DNA of 46,136 nucleotides, filler included, from Catajapyx aquilonaris (lineage: Eukaryota): NCBI GenBank assembly GCA_000934665.2. It is 2 parts of 2 records of this genome, joined end to end, with 100 filler letters (N's around TTAATTAATTAA, not from the genome) between each part and the next. Parts side by side here need not be neighbours in the genome. Positions count along the whole stretch, not along the records: positions 23,229 to 46,136 come from JYFJ02005793.1; 1 more part is not named here. One strand, written 5' to 3'. Shown piece by piece: positions 36,850-46,136 of the stretch; position 1 is the stretch's first letter; each line of letters starts with the position of its first letter. The position numbers were made by a program, and so were the translations under genes. The notes under the pieces were generated by a model that was not told the DNA's origin, did not search any database, and saw only the letters and a list, made by a program, of their open reading frames with translations.

Positions 36850-39263
36850 CCTGGACAGGTTAGTGATCTGGAAAACATGCAAGTGTATACACTGATACTT
36901 CGGCAGGTAATTTAACAATGTTATCATGGCAACAGTTTCACTTTTAATTAATAATCTAGATTGTTATAACATTTGGTGCTTATCCCTGAAGAGAATTATA
37001 CTAACAGATCCTAGATTATCTCGCCACACAACCATTGTTATTAATATTGTTGGGTTGGATATGTTTTATAGTTATGTACTACCAGCAGGTTATTTTCGGT
37101 AATGGAAACAGTTGTTGATTGCCCCTTTGCCTTTGATTTGTTCACAGAATAAAACGGTCGTTGATACTCACCTTTTGACGGTACTAATGCCCAGTGCACT
37201 GATCACTCGTCCTCCGTGCACAAGGTCAGAATCCGTCATAAAATCTGGCCTGAGAGGCTTTTTCCAAAGGGTAGGCTTCTTCCTCGTTATAACCCACTTC
37301 CACAAGATTCTGAATTTTGCATCCTTTTTCCTCGAGCCCAAATTAACTGGTGGCTGTTATCTGGAAAAGTGTGGCAAGCCATTTCTTGTGAACTCGGATA
37401 TCCATTTTTAAAGCAGTGAAAATGCGAGAACAGACTAGATACTACAGCAGAAGCCACCCTTTTTTTTTTTTTTTTTCGATAAGTGCTCATGTTAATCATT
37501 CTAAGCAGGGTACATGTTAGTTTTCAATGTCATAATTCGGATAAACGACTCATGTTCGACTGAAATCTTGTGTCCAATCCTTTTGTTGCATAAGACGGCT
37601 CTCGCTTGAAAGTTCAGAGTTCACCGGAAAACTACTGTCGCCACTACTAATCTTAGAATGGGAATAATGTTGACTCGCTTATTTTATCCACAAGTAATGG
37701 AATGATTCAAGCGGAAATGGGAGCAACAGATTGAGAGGTGTCCTGTTAAACAAACCTTTTCCCAGAGAAATCCATTCCCTTTTAATGCAAAAATCTCCTA
37801 CAATAAGTAAAAGCAATGTAACTGTGTACACTGAATCTGCATAATAATTCATCATGAGAAGTCTCACTACAATCTATATAAAATAAAGTCTTTCAATCAG
37901 AATATTCTACAAAAAGTTTCACAAAATTTACAGACAATATATATTTATTTTAAACCCCCTTTTCCTACAAACCGTACCGTGTTATGTCTCTTTACAGCAG
38001 CGATTTCTTTTTTAAAATAAAAGTTGTTCTGCGTTAGGCATTCATGTAACCATTCTATTTAAAACAAGCTTGTTTCCACATAAAAACCCATGAAAGGCGT
38101 GAAGCCTAATTGAAATTAACAATGGTTATCTGGAGATTAGCGTTTCTTTCAAATTCGGTCAACTTTGTGTGATCAGGGACTGAAACAGACAATATGCCTA
38201 CGCTACCATCAGCTGATTTAACAATTTTGTGTTACCCTCGCCACACTCTCAAGAGGGTGACATACAAAAATTCTATATTATTTTCATAAGTACATTACAC
38301 CAAAGGTGGATGACTTTTTCATCATAATTATATATTTTTTTAAAAAACATTGAACAAAAACCATTCATCTTAAAATTCCTTCCCAGAAAAAAAAAATCAA
38401 CAATTCAGATTAATGTTATTAAACACCTTCTTGATATTCATAGTGCTGAGAAAACACCCAATTTTAACCCAAGCACCTTAGTGAAAGAAGAACTCGTTTC
38501 ACTTCTTTTTTTTTTTCTTTCAGCATTTGCGTGTGCTGCCACAGCAAAAGCTGCCAGTCTAGGTATCCTTGTATAAAATATTCAGTTAGCAAAAAGTTGC
38601 ACATGGTAGAATATGTAGTGCCAAAAGGCACTGATTGTTACCAATAAAAGCTTTTGCATCCTTACAAGTAAAACATAAAATTTACTTCCTACTATACCCT
38701 GACACAAAAGCTTTCTGTTCAATTAACAGAAAAATTGCTGCCAACTTTGGCGCTACCTTCTTCCAAATGAACTTTTTTTTTTTCTTCTCCTTCTTCTTCT
38801 CGTGTAGAGCATTAGAGGCAAAAGATTTCAACAGTGATTGGGGGGTGGTGGTGAGATGATACATTTAACAACAGCAACAAATCAGCCAAGTATAACCCTT
38901 GGTCAAAATATTGTCTGTACAGAAACCAAGTGGCCATTCACGACTGCTTACTACAACCTTGAAAGGCCTTATAGTTCCAGAACAGACGGTTGACAGCAAT
39001 CTGAACATTAACACTGCATAAAATATAAGAAAAAGGGAAAAAGAAAAAAACTGACATAGATTGCCTTGAGTCCCTATTCAACTGAAAAAAGGCACTCCCC
39101 GATCGCTACTGCTTGAAAAAAAAAGAAACCGTAGAAATCTGAAGATTCTGAAAACCATTGTGGAATTGCAATCTGGGAAAGAAATGGTACAGGATAAAAT
39201 AGGATGAGTCTTCCAATAGTGCGAAACACTGCTTTTGCTCTCTCACACTTGTACGGATATGCC

Positions 39264-42200
39264 TCACTCTGAATCAGAACCAGAGGAGGACTCACTCTCC
39301 TCAGAATCTGAACTGTCCGATTCTGAACCACTCTCGCTGTCCGATCCTGATGATGATTCTTCTTCCCCACTCTCCGATTCCTGCAAAGAAAAAAATATGA
39401 TTTTACACCAAAGTGTCAACAATGTGTTGTTGTTTCCAGTATTGAAGTGCAAATTAATTAGCATCAATTGACTATTTGAAGTGCCTTAAATGAATGCAGT
39501 TGAGAGCAAATGTATTTTTTCAAATATCTGATCCTGAACTGCAACAGATTAAACCTAATTCACATAACACAAATCAAGAATCGCCATCAATTTTACCTCA
39601 TTGGCACTCTCGTCTGAGTCACTGTCAGTCCCCTTGTCATTATCCTTTCCAGCTGCTTGCTTGCGACTTCCTTTGATCACTGTGTATTCTGCTAGTTCCT
39701 CTTGACTTAGGCTCTATTTAAAATGAAAACAACATTATTATGTCAAGGAATGTCTTTGGGAATATTGAACCTTTCATTGATACTAACTTCACAACTACTC
39801 ACCTTGATAAATTTCTCATACTGCTGGATATACTTCTGCTTTATGTCACTGAGTCGTCTGCGGTACTTTGACTTTTCTATCTCTGGTAACATTTGCCAAT
39901 AGCGCGGTGCCTCCTTCTTGCGGTCTCTTGGGGCAATGTGATTTGCCTCCGTGACAAATGTTTGCAGAAAGAGTGCGTATGCCGTCCTGCAGAAGTTTTC
40001 AGTTGTCAGACAGAGAATAATAAAGTATTCATAGAAATCCTGTTTGGACTACTTACGTTGGAGGTGGTTCTGGTTCATTTTTGTAGAGCTTGCGACCTTT
40101 ACGAGAGTCACTCTTGTTAACATGGTTTGACTGCAGAAAAATATGTTCATATTAATGACATCATAACATGAGGGTTTAAAGAGAAAATTGGTAGCAAGTA
40201 CAAACCGGGCGTACTGCTGGACGTGGCTTCTCATCCTCATCAGTTGCGTCTGACTCCTCCTTCACCACTTTCTTTGGGTTTACGGGAGCAGCTTTGGGCT
40301 TGGGCTTTCTTGGGGCATTGCTCTCCAGCTCCATCTGCCGCTGCTCTTCAGACAGGGACTCCAGGTAGCTGGCATATTCCAGTTTGTACTGGTCAATCAT
40401 CTAGAATGTAAATCACAAACTTCAGTACACTTTCATGGTTGCATTTTTAAGGATCAAGAATCTTGTTTCATCAAAACAAACTTTTAATGCCGCTACTATT
40501 ATGGCAGATAATTATATTTACTGCATTTTAGCTTGTATGTCAAGCTTACCAAGATGCCTAAATAAGGGCTCAAATCTGTACGTATTTACCTCCATTGCCT
40601 GATCATTATACTTCTTCCGCTCATCATCCCCAAGATCCCTCCAGAGTCTGGATATTTCTTGCAAACGATCCCGGCTGCTGAAGTTCTTCATCTCTGCACT
40701 GGCCAGCATCAGACGTGAGTATAGGGAGTACCCTGAATTAGGTGCTTTCTCAGGCTTCCCTGCAGACCGGTCCCTCAGTTGCTTTTCTTCCTTGGTCAGA
40801 ACTGACTTCATCGTGGGAATCTCAAATTCTGGGTGATCTTCCCTATACTTCTTCAAAGACTGGTAGTACAGCTGCTCCTCCTCGTATGCCTGGTTTATCC
40901 ACTGCACCTTCTTTTTCTCTGACAGATTTTTCCACTGTTCCTTGCAAGCTTCAAACACAGATCCACGGTTGAAGTCGGTGTCATTCTGGTACTTCTCAAG
41001 GCGGGTGTTGTAGAACATCTAATTGAGTGAAACGGGGGCAAGGAGTTTAGAAGCTTGCAAACTGAAAATCAAGATAATTATAAACTACCAGAGTTTTTAA
41101 AAACATCTGAAGTATGTGTAATAATTACAATTTCATAGAACCAACTATCATTAGCTTTGGAAAATCAGTCAGCTAGCTAGCTCAAAATCATAGCATTCAT
41201 AATAACTGCAGCAACCATACTCATAAAATAATAAGAGCGTACGGTTCAAAACATTAAAAACAATATTAACTGTAACTGTCAATATATTGTTCGAAGCAAT
41301 ATTTACTGTGTCTATGAGCTGTTCAAGTAAATGGCTATAAGCAAACTAGAAACTTGCGACTACATACTAATGAATATGAGCTAAGGAACTGAAGACACAC
41401 GAAAAAAAAGAAAGAAAGGATTGCAACTTAAAAGCATGTCAGAAATTAAAAATCTCGACCATCTTTTGCAATGTTGGCATTAAAATAATTTGTATTTTTG
41501 ATGTGCCTTCTCTTCCTTCAGTACATCATATGAAAGGAGACGTGCAGAAGTAGCAATAATGTTACGCTTCATACTATCTCATCGCAGGATTACTTAGCTT
41601 TCAGAGTAGTACTTGCAAAACTACGCAAGAATTTTCAGTGCCACTTTTTCCTAATTTGCATCTAGGCTACTTCTGCACTTCCCCTTGAGGCCAGAAGGCA
41701 GTTTCACTCTTACCTGGAATGGACTCGGTAGCTTGTTCTTCACAACGTTAGGAACGGGCTTACTCACCATAAATGGTGTCTGAGGTTTGGCCTTGCCAAC
41801 ACTGGCCTGTTGGGCCTTGGGGTTCAAATCCGGATGATCCCCACTGGGGTTTTAAAAAAAAGGAGGAAATTTCATTAGTAACGAACGCTATAAATGGCAT
41901 ACGATATGCACATGATCCTGCAAATTACACCTCAAGAGTTGATCCATATTTAAAAGGACAATAAAGGGGTGCAGTTGGAATTTTGTGTCTAGTCAACTAA
42001 TTGAAGCAACATCCCAATTATCAAGTATGTAACATTATCTGCCCTGAAGATGCTGCTTCAACAAGCCTGTTTATCTGTCTTATAAATCTGGAACAACTGG
42101 GTTTAAAATATTCATAACATACTAGAATTGCTCCATCTTTTCCTTGTATTCATCTCTCATCCTAGCTGCCTTCTCAGTGTACTTTTGTTTCTTCTTTTCA

Positions 42201-44209
42201 GAAAGGTTCTTGTACATCAGGGATATATGCTTGGACACTTGGGGCTGGAATAATCGATTAACATGTATAATAGCATGAAGTTTACACAAAATAATGTGCG
42301 TGTTGACTCACCATGTCCATCCCAGGATTCTCCTTGCACACCTTGTCCTTCTTATCCAGGTAGAACAGCATGTATGTAGTCAATGGACGGCGAGGCAAGT
42401 CAGGATGTCTATTCTGGAATATGAGAACGAAATTTACGACTCTCACTCCTGAATATGCTCCAATTTGTTCAACATTACACATCATGTAAAATATTACTTG
42501 TACTTTGTTTGGTAGGTCTCAGTGTGCATTTTTTTTGTTACTCAGCATGCCTCTTACGTTATCAATTTTCACGCTCAATTTCTGAATTGGAGAGAATACA
42601 CACCGTCTTCACGCCTCTGTAGAAGTTGGTCCATGGCTTGGTCAGCCACAGTTTTGTATCCTCAAGAATCTCGCTGAGGATCCGGAAGTGACGTATACGC
42701 TTCTGGACCTCCATCCAAGTTGACTTGCATTCTTCAGATGAGTGATGGCCAAATGCAACCTAACGAAAAAATAAATTTTCGATTTTCACAACTCTCAATT
42801 GCAATATAATTTATACTTATTAATGGCAATAATATTATAAGTGGAAATTACCTTCTCCCAATTGAGTCTCTCTACCCTTGAATTATACTTCAAGGTATCA
42901 TTCTGTGGAATATCAGCCATCATACGCTCAATCAGCTGCTGTAGTTCGGTCACAGACCAGCCTGGAACACCACCTGTCCAATTGTTTAGATCATTAGCAG
43001 CTGCACCAGTTATTGCTCAATGAAAAGTTGCACATGTTAAAAGTACCATGCATATAATAATGTGGATTGGGGTTAAATTGCATATGCATTGAAAGCAAAC
43101 AGAAACTGCAGTAAAAGCTGACTACACATGATAAACACTGGACGCAGCAGAATCTTTCTTATGGTGGGAATTTTTGTTCCATCCCAGGGAAGAAGTATAT
43201 TTCTCTTTCGCATATAATGAAAAGTAGTATAGAAAAGCTTTACAAATGTAACAATTCAAATAAATTTCAGACTTCCGCATTTCCTCCTTTTAATAACCAA
43301 CATTACTCCATATTTGCTGCACGAGTGTGTTACATTGAGCTAATTGAAAGTGACCTTTCCACGCACTTCTCGAGGAGCATCTCCACCTTTTGATGTCGTG
43401 ATATGTGCTCTGACAACCCCAAGAGCAAAGCCAGCAGTAGCCCAAAGAAGGGCCCTCCGAAGCTGGACAGGTTTTTGTAAGATAGGAGCCAGACCATGAC
43501 AGACACTTCCTTCCCCCACCTTCCCTCTCCCCCCTCGGTTTTGTCCAAATCAACGTCACCTACACACAGAAGAATTCATCACAAAAAATTCCAGAAAATC
43601 TCTGCAAATTGGGATCTCCCATATTTGTTTGATGCTTGCAGCTTATGTCGAGATTTCAAAAGGTCAATGCTGAGTGCAAGGGTCAAAATTACTCAACACG
43701 CTGCATCTGATTGTTATCCAGGCGACTGGTAAAATTATGCAGCATCATGTCACATCTGTTTCTACATGCACGAAGCGATAAAATCAGGTGACATCAGTTA
43801 CACCCACCTTTCCACTCTGTTTAATTGATATCACTGAATTTACACAGCAGCCGATCCTCAGAATTTCAACTTGTGAAACTACTAAGCCTACTCCTGCAGC
43901 AGAAAACATTTTGAACCCAACGAGTATCCACAAACTCAAGTTTACATATGTATTTCCTGCAAAAGCGTCCAATAGGAGACATCAATTGCACTCACTTGTA
44001 GCATCATCCGGCGCAAGCATAGGTCCATCCTCCATGTCACCATCCAAGTCAGAGTCGTTCAGCTCTCGCTTAACAACAACCTTCTTACTTGATTCTGCAG
44101 TCCGGGTGTGCTTGTTGGGTATGGGCACCATTGATGTGGCCATTGCCTTCGAGCTATCAGATGCACCATCCTGTGCCCTCTTCCGTTTACGTGATGCCGT
44201 AGGTGCCAT
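39264..44209 (-). CDS. UBTF: Nucleolar transcription factor 1 / upstream binding factor (multi-HMG-box RNA Pol I factor), about 635 or 653 aa
   Basis: Exons 44209-43996, 42973-42852, 42759-42604, 42413-42312, 42244-42123, 41843-41768 (or -41714), 41018-40590, 40400-40206, 40130-40057, 39986-39803, 39713-39597 and 39380-39264 join in frame. N-terminal region WSVTELQQLIERMM...LNWEKVAFG..SSEECKSTW..VQKRIRHFR; HMG boxes HPDLPRRPLTTYMLFY, KPEKAPNSGYSLYS and EPEPPPTTAYALF; acidic Ser-rich tail. Confidence 0.93.
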
Positions 44210-45686
44210 GGTGATTTCCTGCAGAAGATAATGAGATCCTTAGTACAGTACGGTATGTGTAAATAAATTGTTGTTCTCCAGACACTTATTTTGCTTAACA
44301 ATCAATCAAATAATGCGGAATTGCTCCCTTCCTCAAAAATTCCACGTCAATCCGCTCATATTTCATGTTAGAAAAATTCAGTGCAAAATACTTCGCCAGG
44401 ACCTAAAAAAAAAAAAGAAGTTCTGTAATGAGCAAGTTTCTATTGCTTCCAGTGGCGATAACGGACAGGTTTCACTGCACTATTGTTAATTTTCAAGCAG
44501 CTGTAATAGTCCGTTTTACACTTCGTATATCAGTTTTACTACGGGTATAATGGGATTGCTTAGAATGTCAGGAGAGGGTGGCAATTTGATGAGCTGGAGG
44601 TATTTTATGACCACTTTTTTTTCACTTTTACACCCTCTTGTTACATGTCCTAATATGATCTGACAAATACTTCAACTAAAAAAAAAAACGAATGAAAATA
44701 AAATAACCTAGGCACAATAAGAATGTGCATGTTGTGTCTTAGATATTTAATCCCTAAATACATAATAAAAATATTATCTGCAAAAATTGTGACATTTCGC
44801 ATTGCCCTCACTATTAGACGCAGCGTTCAAATAAATGCCAGCTACCTTTGACTATTGAAATTGCTCAGGACGTATTACGAATAATTCTGTGCAATTCACA
44901 GCTGGTTTTGTGCCTACCCCACAGCAACAACAGGTCTTTGTCATTTAAACACTCAGGAATTATTGCCTTCCTTTACAAAAACCATTAAAATATGCCATAA
45001 AAATTTCATGACTACCTAAATGTACTAATAACTGATCAGTTTGCAGCAACTACTTTCAAAATATGTTCAAATTGAAATAATCCACCAATGGAATGAAAAT
45101 ATTTCGCTCTTCCCATAGGAATTGTAATTTTGCAAAATGGCATAATGACTATAATTTTCACGCGCAAGTTAATAGCACATTTGCCAATGGTAATTCGCAA
45201 GTTATTAGCCAATATAGTTCGGAAATAAGGTGAAAACTGGTAATAATTGAACCTGAAAACTGCGACAACTTGCTAAATATTGACACTCGTCCTAACACGC
45301 GACTTTTTTTCGCAATCCTCATTGCTGATTCGGATATCATTTATTTTCCGAAAAAAACCACAGTGTAACCGAAGTTTCTTCAGGTATGAGTAAAATATAT
45401 AGCATGCACACGGTTTGCGCGAAAACACAATAATTATCGTCACATTTTGCACCATCACACCCGCGAATTTCACGCCAGTTCCGACGCCAAAATTTTCAAT
45501 AGTACGTGGCCGCAAAAAAATTTCCGCAAATTATCCGGCCAATCCTTCGCGGAAACGCACAAAAATTCCGCCAAAATTATTCCGCCGCATTTATGTCGCA
45601 CTCAGCGAATATATGATCAGTACGAATTTTTTTAACCATTTGAATCGAGTCCGTTTAATATTCACGTCGGTCCACATATGGCTCTA

Positions 45687-45985
45687 TAAATAAGGCTCTA
45701 ATAATGCTCCAATAATAAGGCTGTAATAATAATGCTCTAATAATAAGGCTGTAATAATAATAATGCTCCAATAATAAGGCTGTAATAATAATAATGCTCC
45801 AATAATAAGGTTGTAATAATAATGCTCCAATAACAATGCTCTAATAATGCTTCAATAAGGCTGTAATAATGTGCCAACAATACTAATAATGCACCAACAA
45901 TAAGCCTGTAATAATGCGCCAACAATACTAATAATGAGCCAATAATAATGGCTGTAATAATGAGGCTCCAATAATGCTGATAATT
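45687..45985. repeat. AAT-rich minisatellite (about 30-35 bp degenerate unit)
   Basis: Repeated TAATAAGGCTGTAATAATAATGCTCCAA variants. Confidence 0.9.
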
Positions 45986-46040
45986 ACGCGCGCAATTAAA
46001 AATAATTTAATCGGAAGTACATCTTCATGTATAGTAATTA

Positions 46041-46136
46041 CTAGCAGGATACCCAGCCTTGCTCGGGTTATGAAATACTTTTCCATAAGAGTGACTCATT
46101 TGGTAGTAACCTTTGCAATAACTATGGCTATACAAT
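46041..46136 (-). mobile_element. Helitron-like 3' terminus (element extends beyond window)
   Basis: The minus strand reads hairpin ACCCGAGCAAGGCTGGGT, then ATCCTG, then CTAG followed by T. This is the canonical hairpin + CTRR + T-target arrangement. Confidence 0.55.

Noticed and set aside
43330..43560. Possible cassette exon in the first coding intron of UBF
   Set aside because: Good acceptor at 43560 but no strong frame-preserving donor, and the gene splices cleanly without it.
16357..44209. Apparent RNA-biogenesis cluster (RPUSD2 + PDRG1 + UBF)
   Set aside because: RPUSD2 is separated from the others by an artificial spacer, and two housekeeping neighbours do not establish a system.
45687..45985. 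Repeat array considered as CRISPR-like
   Set aside because: Degenerate tandem units without unique spacers, in a eukaryotic context with no cas genes.

Overview
Eukaryotic (invertebrate, most likely non-dipteran arthropod) genomic DNA with spliceosomal GT-AG introns. It consists of two pieces joined by an artificial 100-bp spacer (44 N + TTAATTAATTAA + 44 N, 23129-23228), so linkage across the gap is unproven. The left piece (1-23128) has about 16 kb of non-coding, motif-rich DNA, followed by internal exons of an RluA/RPUSD2 pseudouridine synthase that has a pair of duplicated 88-nt mutually exclusive exons. The right piece is gene-dense. In order it holds a tRNA-derived SINE-like head, a decayed Tc1/mariner element containing a 64-bp palindrome, a tandemly duplicated promoter plus non-coding-exon unit (one copy hit by a 5'-inverted RTE-like LINE insertion), PDRG1 (with a long-TIR element carrying a Pif1-helicase fragment in its 5' intron), a TEX47/BLUF-like gene, a small ankyrin-repeat gene with an acidic tail, a 12-coding-exon UBF/UBTF gene, a minisatellite and a Helitron-like 3' end. 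I see no clear multi-gene novel system. The best leads are the RluA mutually exclusive exons with a candidate docking/selector pairing, tandem donors swapping the entry strand of UBF HMG box 2, the Pif1-bearing TIR element, the twin-primed RTE insertion and a P-element-type footprint. All family assignments come from motif recognition by eye, without database searches.
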